Shown: positions 7,563 to 17,174 of the stretch, in pieces
How positions within the stretch are numbered: the stretch's first letter is position 1
Layout: the number at the start of each line of letters is the position of its first letter
From: Chitinophagaceae bacterium
GTDB taxonomy: Bacteria; Bacteroidota; Bacteroidia; Chitinophagales; Chitinophagaceae
DNA: 64,000 nt
Reading direction: 5' to 3'
NCBI GenBank assembly: GCA_026415715.1
Contig: JAOAGO010000003.1
Location: forward strand, 24,204-88,203
The notes under the pieces: generated by a model
Databases searched by the model: none
Told to the model about the DNA's origin: nothing
What the model saw: the letters and a program-made list of their open reading frames with translations, nothing else
Translations under genes and position numbers: made by a program

Positions 7563-8498
7563 TCAACCCGCTTCAGCCACATACGTCAGCGAACTGCACC
7601 GCAAACGGTTTATCCACGCAGTGAGGTTTGACCGGAGTCCGTTAAGTACCGCCGCAGGATAATTCACATATCCGTTTTTATAACGACTGCTGATCATGGA
7701 AATATAAAAACTGTCGTACCACATCGGATAAATTTGACGAATCCGAAAACCATGCAAGCCAAGAAGAACTTGCATCGCCTCGGGTGAAAAATGATACAAA
7801 TGGCGGGGCACATCCCATGCGGCCCAGTATTCTCTGTATATCCGGGCATCAAGAGAGGTATAGTTGGGTACGGCTATAATCAGTTTACCTTCGGGCTTCA
7901 GGATGCGTTTGAAATTTTTTAGATAATCATGCACCGCATGGATATGCTCTAAAACATGCCATAGCGTAATGACATCAAAGGCCATTGTAGGCAATTGAAA
8001 AAATGAATCCATAGGCTCCAGCCGAAGACCGTATTTTCTTAAAGCCGTATCACGGGCTGCTTCTTCCGGTTCCAGGCCGGTAACTTCCCAGCCCGAGCGC
8101 TTCATGAAATGAACAAAGGCGCCGGTACCGCTTCCTACATCCAGCAAACGGCCACTGTCTGATCCCGTACTTTGCTCAATCCATTTTTTTTTCTTAACCA
8201 GTGTAACACCGCGAACGCGATGATATAATTTATTGATTAACCCTTTTCGGGTTTCGGTATGCGAAATGTAGTTTTCAAAATGATAAAACCTTGCCATATC
8301 GGTTTCGGCCGGCGCATGTTGTGTAAAACGTAATGTGCAGCCCTGGCAATGCCACACGGGAAAATCCATTCCCGTTACTGCAAAATCACGGGTGGTCAAT
8401 GCAGGACTGATTTGTTCTGAACCGCATAAGGGACAATCAGGGTAAGTAATTGTTTTCAATGAATTTTCAACGGTATTAAAAGCCGGAGGATGTTGCAT
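7563..8498 (-). CDS. Class I SAM-dependent methyltransferase with N-terminal zinc ribbon
   Basis: CPLCGSEQ...CQGC cysteine pairs followed by SAM motif I LLDVGSGTGAF. Last gene of a tightly packed four-gene minus-strand cluster. Confidence 0.75.
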   Translation of the reverse strand: MQHPPAFNTVENSLKTITYPDCPLCGSEQISPALTTRDFAVTGMDFPVWHCQGCTLRFTQHAPAETDMARFYHFENYISHTETRKGLINKLYHRVRGVTLVKKKKWIEQSTGSDSGRLLDVGSGTGAFVHFMKRSGWEVTGLEPEEAARDTALRKYGLRLEPMDSFFQLPTMAFDVITLWHVLEHIHAVHDYLKNFKRILKPEGKLIIAVPNYTSLDARIYREYWAAWDVPRHLYHFSPEAMQVLLGLHGFRIRQIYPMWYDSFYISMISSRYKNGYVNYPAAVLNGLRSNLTAWINRLRCSSLTYVAEAG

Positions 8499-8499
8499 T

Positions 8500-9126
8500 T
8501 TATTTGCGATAGGAGGTCTGATATTCTATTGCTTTCAACGGATTCAGGTTGCCGGTTGCTCCAGGATTCATTCCATGTTTTATGAAATGAACCACAATAA
8601 AAGTGATGCTTAACACGGATAAAACCGAAACCATGAGCCAATATGCGGTTCGATGTTTTCTGGCCGGGTGAATTTGGTTTCCCGAATCAACTTGCCCCCT
8701 CCGAACATCGGCCATCCATGTATTGTCGTTTTTTATAATTCGCTCAACGGTTATTTCTTTTTCATGCTGAGTTATATGCTCAGGTATAAATGTTACACCG
8801 CCGTCTTTGGCCTTACTGAACACACCAACTCCTTTCCATTCAAGCGTGTGCCCGGTTTCAAATTGCATTTTCAGCTTAAGTACAAATTCATTGAAACGGC
8901 TTACGGCATCTTCTTCCGTAAGATTCATTTTGCCGGCCAGCCATTGAAAAAATCGTTGTTCAGGAATTTCGTTTTTCTTTTCCCAGGTCAGCGAATAGTC
9001 GGGCGGAAAAACGGTTCCGGATGATGAATCATAACGGGCAGGCGAACGTTGAAGGGTCAGCGTACCCAGGCCCGGTAAAGAAACTTTTTGATGCGTCAGC
9101 AGATATTGTGCCAGCTCGCGATACAT
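8500..9126 (-). CDS. HU/IHF-fold domain membrane-anchored protein, function unknown
   Basis: N-terminus ...LPGLGTLTLQRSPARYD is HU-like. There is a single C-terminal TM helix (YWLMVSVLSVLSITFIVVHFI). ATG at 9124-9126 overlaps the upstream stop by 1 nt, and the track's first M is TTG. Confidence 0.55.
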   Translation of the reverse strand: MYRELAQYLLTHQKVSLPGLGTLTLQRSPARYDSSSGTVFPPDYSLTWEKKNEIPEQRFFQWLAGKMNLTEEDAVSRFNEFVLKLKMQFETGHTLEWKGVGVFSKAKDGGVTFIPEHITQHEKEITVERIIKNDNTWMADVRRGQVDSGNQIHPARKHRTAYWLMVSVLSVLSITFIVVHFIKHGMNPGATGNLNPLKAIEYQTSYRK

Positions 9127-10784
9127 CAAGGCGCTTTTTGGTCAAACGAAAATACAACACCGCCCAGAAAATTAAAGCCGTAAACAGGATATTGATTCCA
9201 GCGCTGATATTCTCTGTTCAGCAAATTATTGAATTGCGCCCAAACCGAAACATTCCGGTGTACCCTGAATTCAAATCCCGAACTCAAATCCATTACACCT
9301 TCTGTTTTCGCAGCGCTGCCGTCTTTTTTGCGATAGAACGGGGCGCTCCATCCGAATACATCGGTCTTAAACCAAAAATCCCGTAACAACAAAAGCCGCA
9401 TTGAGGTTTTAAACTCTAAAGGGAAAAGTCCCCAGGCTTTCAGATTGTCTTTTAATCCTGAAAACTGGTTAACCTGAAGATTTGCCGAAATGGAAAATTT
9501 TTCCTGAAGGGTATATACAAATTCAGATCCCCAGTTTAATACATTAATCCGGCTCTCATTTACCACACGAAACGATTTGAATCCCAGAGCCGCCGTGGTG
9601 TCATTCACAAACAAGGGCTGATTGTTGAGGATATTGTACGCCACTTTCAATCCGTATGTAAAATGATTTCCGGCCGTTCCTTTAAATCCGGCATAGCGCT
9701 CTTCTATCAAAGTGTTTTTCAGCGAAGCGGGAGCCCATAACCATGGATTTTGCGACGCCAGATACATATAGTTTGTTTTGCGGGCATAGCCGGTCCAGCC
9801 CAGCTGAAATACAAAGCGATCATCCTTTGTTGAAAATTCGGCCAGCACATTCGGAAACAGTTTAAAATTTTTATTGTCCCAGGTTGGACGGATACCGGCC
9901 TGTACCGATGCCTTTTCCGTCTCATAAATAAATGAAGGTGACAAAGAAAAAATATTGTTGTTGATAACGGGTTTTTTGTCCGGCGAAAAACGGGTAAAAT
10001 CCAGATGCAAACCTACGCGTATGGCAAACGCTTCCCCCGCACTTTTCTGCACCGGCACATTCAGCTTCGCATTGCTTTCGGAATTTCCGTTTTTGTCGCT
10101 GAATATATCGGCAATAAATTCAGGATGGTAAGAGATTCCGATTTCATTTTTTTTCGTATTCCTGAATCCGACCCTGGCGCTGATGGTTTGAAATCGTTGT
10201 TTAACTGAATCGTCAGGAAATTGCAGCGTGGCGGGAATAAAACCGTATTTATAATATTTTTCCTGTTTCAGTCCGGCAGAGGCTGTCCAAAGCGTTTGAT
10301 TCAAGGTTTTAAAATATCCTTTCAGACTAAAGTCCGTATTTGAAAAATGCTGGAATTTTCGTTTTCCTTCCGATGAAATATGCCGGGCATATACATTCAT
10401 TCCTGCCGTAGAACCGTTTCCTAAACTAATGCTCGCCTGCACAAATGGGGTTTTCAGATTGCCGTAGCCTGCCTTAACAAATGAACTGTTATGAAATTTA
10501 CCGCCGGTGTCAATATCCAGAGCCAAAGGCTTTAGCGTTCCGGGCTGAAAGGAAAACGTCAGATTTTGATTCGGCACATCGTAATTGAATTTCAGGCGCG
10601 ACGTATCTGCAGGAGCCGGGGAAGCGCTGAAATTGATTTTGGCCGTTTGCCTGAGCACCGGCTTAAAAGCCGAGATGATATCTACGCTGCCTCGCCCGGT
10701 TGTGTCTTTTTTCTGGGCAAAAAAAGGAAGCGAGATAATGAAAAAAATGAATAATAATAAAGAAGGTTTATTCATAGCCGACAT
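9126..10784 (-). CDS. Outer-membrane beta-barrel protein (putative porin-like), function unknown
   Basis: Signal peptide MNKPSLLLFIFFIISLPFFAQ, alternating-hydrophobicity strands, and an aromatic C-terminal strand (GGVVFSF). An alternative ATG lies at 10775. The family assignment is from memory only. Confidence 0.55.
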   Translation of the reverse strand: MSAMNKPSLLLFIFFIISLPFFAQKKDTTGRGSVDIISAFKPVLRQTAKINFSASPAPADTSRLKFNYDVPNQNLTFSFQPGTLKPLALDIDTGGKFHNSSFVKAGYGNLKTPFVQASISLGNGSTAGMNVYARHISSEGKRKFQHFSNTDFSLKGYFKTLNQTLWTASAGLKQEKYYKYGFIPATLQFPDDSVKQRFQTISARVGFRNTKKNEIGISYHPEFIADIFSDKNGNSESNAKLNVPVQKSAGEAFAIRVGLHLDFTRFSPDKKPVINNNIFSLSPSFIYETEKASVQAGIRPTWDNKNFKLFPNVLAEFSTKDDRFVFQLGWTGYARKTNYMYLASQNPWLWAPASLKNTLIEERYAGFKGTAGNHFTYGLKVAYNILNNQPLFVNDTTAALGFKSFRVVNESRINVLNWGSEFVYTLQEKFSISANLQVNQFSGLKDNLKAWGLFPLEFKTSMRLLLLRDFWFKTDVFGWSAPFYRKKDGSAAKTEGVMDLSSGFEFRVHRNVSVWAQFNNLLNREYQRWNQYPVYGFNFLGGVVFSFDQKAP

Positions 10785-10789
10785 AACAT

Positions 10790-13700
10790 TTATTGATTTA
10801 TTTTTCCCGATTTTGCTTCTTCTTCCTTCACTGCATTCAGTTTGGCTGATGCTTCTTTCCGTAACTCTTCATAAGCCGCATTTTCAGCAACGCTCTGATA
10901 CGTTGCCTTGGCGTTGAAGTAATCTTTTTGTTTAAAGAATATATCGCCGAGCAGCAGATATGCCTTTCCAATCCAGAAATCATAAGACCCCGATTTATTG
11001 ATGGTTTCAAAAGCTGCTTTTTCTGCTTCGTTCAGCCGGTTTAGCTGAAAAAGGCAATATGCCGTTTCATAACGGGCTTCTGCCGCCAGCGCCGATTTAT
11101 TCAGCTGAACCACGGAACGATAATGGCCTATGGCCTCTTGATAACGGGCAGCCGACTGATGGCTTTTCGCCAGCACCAGATTGGCCAGCGCCTTATCATC
11201 GGCGGTGCTTCCTTTTGTTTCAGATAGTTCACGGGCATTGGTTGCCCCTTCTTCCCATTTTTTTAAATGATACTGACAGCGCAATAAACCCCGCATGGCT
11301 TCGAGCCGGTTTTCCTGCGTGCCGGCAAAGCGCTTGAGTTCTTTAAAGAAAAATTCTGCTTTCTGATAGTCTTTAAATTCAAAAAAGCTGAGTCGGGCGG
11401 CTATCAGGGCAGACCTTTCGGCAAAAGCATTCGGCGCCAGGGAAACCACTTTTTCATAAGACGGCAGTGCGTTGGCCCAGTCTTTCTGTCCATAATAAAT
11501 TTCAGCTATGTTGAAGTAGGCTTCGGTAATATGAGCGCCGTCGGGAAATTTTTGCAGATATTGCTGATAAGCCTGTAAAGCCTCGCGAAGTTTCTGATCA
11601 TCGTGCAGCTTTTGTGCCGCTGCCCAGGCCATTTCATCTTCGGTATTTCTGCTCAGCGGTTTCCCGATTTTCCGCATAAAGGCAGAATACTCATCCGGCT
11701 TTCCGGTTTCTATATAAATGTTTTTGATGTTTTCAATGGCATCTTCGGCTTCCGGTGCGTTGGGAAAATTTTCGGCCAGCGTTTTGAAATACGTCAGCGC
11801 CTCCTGATTGTTGTCAAGATTATAATAAGCCGTACCTAATTTTAAATAAGCCTGGGGTATAAAAGCAGTATTTTGCTCATACCCGATTATGGTTTTCAGA
11901 TATGGAATGGCTTCGCGGTATTTTTCATTGGCCATGTAGGTTTTGGCAATTTCCATATGCGCATCCGGAAAATGCGGCGACTGGGGAAATTTGCGAATGA
12001 GCTGATTCAGGATCTGAATTTTTTCGTTGGCATTTTTGATTCCCGCAATCATGGCTAACTGTAACAGGGCATAATCTTCCGAAGGCCAGGAAAAACGCAG
12101 AGCCGCTTCGTACATGGATTTTGCCTTATCAAAATTCCGCAGCATATAATAATTATCAGCCGTTCGCATATAGATATCCTGCGAAAGCAAATCACTGTTC
12201 TGTGCGGGTGTTTTCACCAGCGGTTCAAAATAACTGAGAGAGAGTTTGTAATTTTCTTTTCGTAAGTAAGCATATCCCAGATTATATCGGGCCTGAAGCG
12301 GAGCGGCTTCACCGGCAGTTGGCGCCCCGGCGTCCAGATAAGCATGAAAATAACGGATGGCCGTATCCAACTGATGAAAGCGATATCCGATTTCTCCTTT
12401 CCAGAAATAAACCAAAGGCAAAACCTGACGATTGTACGGCAGCGACAGAATCTGCGATAAAAGCGCATCGGCCTCGCGAAGCCGACCGTCATTCATCAGC
12501 TCGGCAGCCCTACCGAATAAAATTTTCGGATAGATTCTCCGGATATTTTCCGAAGGACCGGAAAGCCCTTCAATCATAGCCATGGCATCTTTATAATTGT
12601 TGGTTCCGGCCAGTAAATGAATCATGATTTCCTGCGCTTCGTTTCGATAAGACGACGCCGGATAAGCCGAAATAAACTGACTGAGACTATTCAGTGCCTC
12701 ATCCTGAAAGCCGAGCTCGTAGGATAGCTTAGCATATAAAAATGACGAGATTTCTTTCTGAACGGAATTGCTGCTGTTGGTTGCGCAAAATAAAAATGCA
12801 TTTCTGGCATTGGCTTTCTGGCCTGTTTTCAAATAAGCATCGCCGAGAAGATACATGGCATGCTGACTCAATGAATCCTGGCCGCCGCTCAGTTGTTTAA
12901 ATCCTTCAATTGCTTTAGTATAATTTTTTAAAATATAGTAACAGTAAGCCAACTCATACAAATCCTCACGTCTTACCTTTTCGGCTACATGAATATAATC
13001 TTCCAGATAAGGCAAGGCCCTGGAAAATTCTTTTTTTTCAAAATAGGCATGGCCCAGAAGTTGTTTCAGTTCGGGCTCATAGTATTGTTTTGCACCGCCT
13101 GACCTCAGTATATTTTCAACATACGAGATGGCCTGTTCCTTTTTTCCCTGCAAATAGTAAATCTGAGCTATATAATAAGGCACCAGGGCGCTGTATTTAT
13201 TGTCCTTTTCCGCTATCTGAAATGCATTGAACGCTTCCTGGTATTGCCTGTCGCGATAGGCAAGCCAACCGTAATAATAATTGGCGTCAACATAATTCGG
13301 GTCATTCGGAATGCTTTTTATCGCCTGAAACAAAGGTTTGGCCTTTTCAAACCGTTGCAGTACAAAGTAGGAATAACCCTGATGAAATTTCATGTCGGCA
13401 ATTTCACGGTTGCTGAGATTGGCCATATGCGTTTCTTCATAATGACGTACGGCTTCCGGAAATTTTTCCTGCCTGAAATAATACTCTCCCAGATGAAAAT
13501 GCATCATTTGCGTGCGGGGCGTATTTTTCCTGCTTGTTACAAACTTCAGTGCCTGTTGCTCTGCCAGGGATTCATTTTTTTTTAGTCCGCAAACCAGCGT
13601 GTAATATTCAATTTCCTGAACAGTAACCGGTAAATTTACTTTCCGGGTTTCCTGCATTTCATTCCATAATTCCAGAAAAAGCGGATAGGCCAGGCTGTAT

Positions 13701-13831
13701 TGTTCTTTTTGAAAGTATTCTTTTGCATCGTGAAACTTCGACAAAGGATCGGTATAAACGGCGGTTTGCTGTGCGTTGAAAAATTTCGGGAATATCAAAA
13801 TAACAAAGAATAGTAGCTTGCCTTTTTTCAT
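10790..13831 (-). CDS. Large secreted TPR-repeat protein (~1013 aa)
   Basis: Start taken at ATG 13831, giving signal peptide MKKGKLLFFVILIFPKFFNAQQ. The body is dozens of TPR-like repeats (A..Y..G..Y...A periodicity). Confidence 0.75.
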   Translation of the reverse strand: MKKGKLLFFVILIFPKFFNAQQTAVYTDPLSKFHDAKEYFQKEQYSLAYPLFLELWNEMQETRKVNLPVTVQEIEYYTLVCGLKKNESLAEQQALKFVTSRKNTPRTQMMHFHLGEYYFRQEKFPEAVRHYEETHMANLSNREIADMKFHQGYSYFVLQRFEKAKPLFQAIKSIPNDPNYVDANYYYGWLAYRDRQYQEAFNAFQIAEKDNKYSALVPYYIAQIYYLQGKKEQAISYVENILRSGGAKQYYEPELKQLLGHAYFEKKEFSRALPYLEDYIHVAEKVRREDLYELAYCYYILKNYTKAIEGFKQLSGGQDSLSQHAMYLLGDAYLKTGQKANARNAFLFCATNSSNSVQKEISSFLYAKLSYELGFQDEALNSLSQFISAYPASSYRNEAQEIMIHLLAGTNNYKDAMAMIEGLSGPSENIRRIYPKILFGRAAELMNDGRLREADALLSQILSLPYNRQVLPLVYFWKGEIGYRFHQLDTAIRYFHAYLDAGAPTAGEAAPLQARYNLGYAYLRKENYKLSLSYFEPLVKTPAQNSDLLSQDIYMRTADNYYMLRNFDKAKSMYEAALRFSWPSEDYALLQLAMIAGIKNANEKIQILNQLIRKFPQSPHFPDAHMEIAKTYMANEKYREAIPYLKTIIGYEQNTAFIPQAYLKLGTAYYNLDNNQEALTYFKTLAENFPNAPEAEDAIENIKNIYIETGKPDEYSAFMRKIGKPLSRNTEDEMAWAAAQKLHDDQKLREALQAYQQYLQKFPDGAHITEAYFNIAEIYYGQKDWANALPSYEKVVSLAPNAFAERSALIAARLSFFEFKDYQKAEFFFKELKRFAGTQENRLEAMRGLLRCQYHLKKWEEGATNARELSETKGSTADDKALANLVLAKSHQSAARYQEAIGHYRSVVQLNKSALAAEARYETAYCLFQLNRLNEAEKAAFETINKSGSYDFWIGKAYLLLGDIFFKQKDYFNAKATYQSVAENAAYEELRKEASAKLNAVKEEEAKSGKINQ

Positions 13832-14183
13832 GGGATCCGCTGTTGAATTGTTCAGATTGACGTTGCGAAGATTCAAATTATTTCAGCATTCCCCAAACTT
13901 CATTCCAAACAGGTGTGGATAATTCATAACTCAACCGGGCTTTAACATTTTATTACCTTTTTTAAACGGTTGAGATACTCTGTTTGATGATTTACATTAT
14001 ATTTAAAAGTAAAACTAAAAACAGGCGCACTTGTTCTGAGAATTGTTTTTTGCAAATAAATGTAAAAAAAATTAAAAGGGCGATTAAACTGAATGGGTTT
14101 TTATTCTGCCCTTTACGCAAACATAAATTTCGATTGGATATCTGAATTATGCCCGAAATTCTTTCTTTTGTGTATCTGAAATA

Positions 14184-14214
14184 TTTGTAAAACTTAAAAC
14201 CTCAGATACATTTG
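14184..14214 (+). promoter_or_regulatory. Candidate Bacteroidota promoter (-33 TTTG, -7 TACATTTG)
   Basis: TACATTTG at 14207-14214 and TTTG at 14184-14187 with a 19-nt spacer. ATG at 14231. Confidence 0.5.
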
Positions 14215-14230
14215 TTTTTCAAAATAAGTT

Positions 14231-14644
14231 ATGTTTACTTCAGAAACGAAAATCAGAGTGCGATACAGCGAAACCGACAAAATGGGAGTCGTATATCACA
14301 GTCATTACTTCGCATACTTTGAGTCGGCCCGGGCCGAAGCAATACGTCAACTGGGTTATACCTATGCGGAAATGGAGCGTGAAGGAATTCTGATGCCCGT
14401 AACTGAAGTGCAATGCCGTTACCTGAAACCCGCACGTTATGACGACTTGCTGACGATTCAGACCAAACTGAATGACGTGCCACTAGGCAGCAGAATAACA
14501 TTTGAACATGAAGTGTTCAACGAAAATGGTGATATTCTGGCTAAAGCTTCCGTTACTTTATATTTCCTGCAGGCAGCTACCCTGCGCCCGGTGCAGATGC
14601 CGGAAAAGCTGCGAAAGGTTTTGTTCCCTTTTTTTAAAAAATAA
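14231..14644 (+). CDS. YbgC-type acyl-CoA thioesterase (4HBT hot-dog fold)
   Basis: 137 aa. IRVRYSETDKMGVVYHSHYFAYFESARAEAIR is the classic YbgC/4-hydroxybenzoyl-CoA thioesterase N-terminus with the catalytic Asp. Confidence 0.85.
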   Translation: MFTSETKIRVRYSETDKMGVVYHSHYFAYFESARAEAIRQLGYTYAEMEREGILMPVTEVQCRYLKPARYDDLLTIQTKLNDVPLGSRITFEHEVFNENGDILAKASVTLYFLQAATLRPVQMPEKLRKVLFPFFKK

Positions 14645-14649
14645 TTTAC

Positions 14650-15672
14650 ATGGAACTGTATAAAGAATCTTCGCCGGAAGAGCAGCGCTCTGCATCTTCA
14701 CCGATTCCGGAAAGCAAACAAAAAATCACTCCGAAATTTCAGAAAACGGATAATCCATCCGGCCGGGTGCTTCGATCGCTGGTCAGCCTCGGCCTATATC
14801 TGATGATCGGTTTTTACATTTTTCCCAGTCCGAAAATTCTGTTACTTCTTACCGTTATCATTCTCATTCACGAAGCCGGCCATTTTCTGGCCATGAAATA
14901 TTTCGGCTATCAAGACCTGGGTATTTTTTTTATTCCTCTTCTGGGAGCTTTTGTAGCCGGCGCTAAGAGAGAAGTTTCTCAAAAAGAATCCGCCGTCATC
15001 ATTTTAGCCGGACCGTTGCCGGGAATTTTTCTGGGTATCCTTTTTCACAAAATGAGCATTTGGAGTAATTATGAAGGCCATATTGCCGGAATTCCGTTTT
15101 TTTTAATCGGGCAGTTTTTTCTTTTGCTGAATCTCATCAACCTCCTGCCGATTTATCCGCTGGATGGCGGACAATTACTGAACCGTATTTTTCTTAATGA
15201 GCATCGGCTGCTGGAAAAAATATTTATCATCGCTTCCGCCGCACTGCTTACATGGTTTGCACTGTTTGCCGGAAGCAGGCCTTATTATGTTTTACTGATC
15301 CTTCCGTTACTTATACTGTTCAGGTTGTTTGAAAATAAAGAATTAAAACAGGCGGAACAAAAAATAACCGAAGCCGGCATTTCAACCGATTGCGACTATG
15401 AAGATTTGTCCGATGAAGACTATTGGAAAATCAGAAATATTCTGATAGAACAGATTTCGTCACTTCGTGACGTACCGCCATCACCGCCCTACGTATATCA
15501 TGAAAAAGAAGAACGAATAGCCTTGATAATTGAAGGACTGCTGCAGCGCTATTTAATACAAGACCTTTCTCCGGCCGGCAAAACGGGTATTTTACTGCTA
15601 TGGATTCTGGCATTATTATCACCCTGGCTGGCCGATATAAGTTTCATTCTTTTCAAAAGGGTTGGTTTTTAA
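14650..15672 (+). CDS. M50 (site-2 protease-like) membrane metalloprotease
   Basis: HEAGHFLAM (HExxH) lies within a TM segment, and NLLPIYPLDGG is the LDG motif. Multiple TM helices. Confidence 0.75.
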   Translation: MELYKESSPEEQRSASSPIPESKQKITPKFQKTDNPSGRVLRSLVSLGLYLMIGFYIFPSPKILLLLTVIILIHEAGHFLAMKYFGYQDLGIFFIPLLGAFVAGAKREVSQKESAVIILAGPLPGIFLGILFHKMSIWSNYEGHIAGIPFFLIGQFFLLLNLINLLPIYPLDGGQLLNRIFLNEHRLLEKIFIIASAALLTWFALFAGSRPYYVLLILPLLILFRLFENKELKQAEQKITEAGISTDCDYEDLSDEDYWKIRNILIEQISSLRDVPPSPPYVYHEKEERIALIIEGLLQRYLIQDLSPAGKTGILLLWILALLSPWLADISFILFKRVGF

Positions 15673-15728
15673 AATCCGGTTGAATGTTTGTACCTCCCGC
15701 AGGATTAATAAACCCGAATTCAGGCGAT

Positions 15729-17114
15729 TTATCGTTTCAACTGATCCAGAACCTTGTACATTTTTAACACCAGATCGGAAGTTTTGCCGTTGTAATTATT
15801 TACCAGAAACGTGAACAGATATTCATTTCCTGAATTTGACTTGTGATAACCGCAAAAGCCTTTGACGTCTCTTATCGTTCCGCTTTTCATCTTCATGCCG
15901 TTGTATTCAGGAAAAGCATTTAGCAAAAGGGAAAATTCTTCTTTCTTATACAGATAAAAAAGCGCCTGAGTTAATGCCCGGGTGGTAATCCGGTTTTGAG
16001 GCGATAATCCGGAACCGTCATACAGATTCAGTTCGTGAGGGGGTATGCCTTTAGATTTCCAGAATTCCTGCATCACGGCTATACCGCTGTCGGTATCGGT
16101 TTGTTTTTTATATTTAAATGCCATGGCTTTCAGCAGCGCTTCACCATAAAGGTTAATGCTTTTTTTATTGAACCAATAAATGATGGAATCCAGTGCAGGA
16201 GAACGGTGAATATAAAGCGTTTTATAATCTGCAACCTGTTCTTTTTGAAATGCAGCCAACTCATAAGCGCCTTGCGACAGTGAATGTTCCAATATACCTC
16301 TGTTTCTCAAATAATTTGAAAAATCAGAACATAAGGTTTGAGCAGGATTTTGGTCGGAGGCATATATCACAAAATTGTCTTCATTTACCGGTATGGTGCC
16401 GGATAGCAAACCGTCAAAATAAACGTAGGCATTATCTCCCGTTCCGGCCCGTGCTGACCGAAGTTCATTTTTAAATAAACGAGCAGGCTTGATTATCTGA
16501 ACCGAATCTCCTACCCTGCCCCCTGAACGTAAATGAACGGAAAATTTATTTTCCTTCCAGTTTAAAGAATGTGCCGGAGCGCCGTAATAGTTTCCGATAT
16601 CCTGCCAAATCCACCCGTCAGGAATGGTTTTTAACGTAGTACCCTGATGGACATACTGCACCGTGCCCTCAACCTTTTCAATACCGTTACGGATTAATGC
16701 TTCTGCCCAGGTTTTCATCAAAACACTGTCTTTTGTAAAGGGCCATCGTTCGCTGCCTAAGGTAGGATCAAAGCTTCCGAAAAATAAAAGACGACCTTTC
16801 AGTTTATTTTGAAGCCGGAAACCCTGAAAGCCGAATTCCGTGTGGAAACGAAAATCTTTACCCAGCATTTCCAGCGCTGTTACCGACGTCAGCACTTTCA
16901 ATGTAGAGGCCGGCGCCAATCCGATGCCAGCGTTTTTTTCAAAGACAATCTTTCCGCTCTTTGCCTCAACAACGTAAAGAGAAGCTATGGCGGAACGCAA
17001 TTGTTCATCCCTTTCAAAATCCAGAAATGCTTTACGAAGCCGGGCTGTAATCTCTTGTGTGAATACGGTATGAATGATAAATAAATAAAGGAAAAAGAAT
17101 AAAACTTTTTTCAT
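15729..17114 (-). CDS. dacB: D-alanyl-D-alanine carboxypeptidase/endopeptidase (PBP4, S13 family)
   Basis: Start at ATG 17114 gives signal MKKVLFFFLYLFIIHTVFTQ. The SxxK motif is in PASTLKVLTS, and length and layout are typical of PBP4. Confidence 0.8.
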   Translation of the reverse strand: MKKVLFFFLYLFIIHTVFTQEITARLRKAFLDFERDEQLRSAIASLYVVEAKSGKIVFEKNAGIGLAPASTLKVLTSVTALEMLGKDFRFHTEFGFQGFRLQNKLKGRLLFFGSFDPTLGSERWPFTKDSVLMKTWAEALIRNGIEKVEGTVQYVHQGTTLKTIPDGWIWQDIGNYYGAPAHSLNWKENKFSVHLRSGGRVGDSVQIIKPARLFKNELRSARAGTGDNAYVYFDGLLSGTIPVNEDNFVIYASDQNPAQTLCSDFSNYLRNRGILEHSLSQGAYELAAFQKEQVADYKTLYIHRSPALDSIIYWFNKKSINLYGEALLKAMAFKYKKQTDTDSGIAVMQEFWKSKGIPPHELNLYDGSGLSPQNRITTRALTQALFYLYKKEEFSLLLNAFPEYNGMKMKSGTIRDVKGFCGYHKSNSGNEYLFTFLVNNYNGKTSDLVLKMYKVLDQLKR

Positions 17115-17174
17115 ATGCCGGGGTTGATAACTTTGTCGAAAATTAGGTTTTTTTTTATTACTGAAATTGAATGT

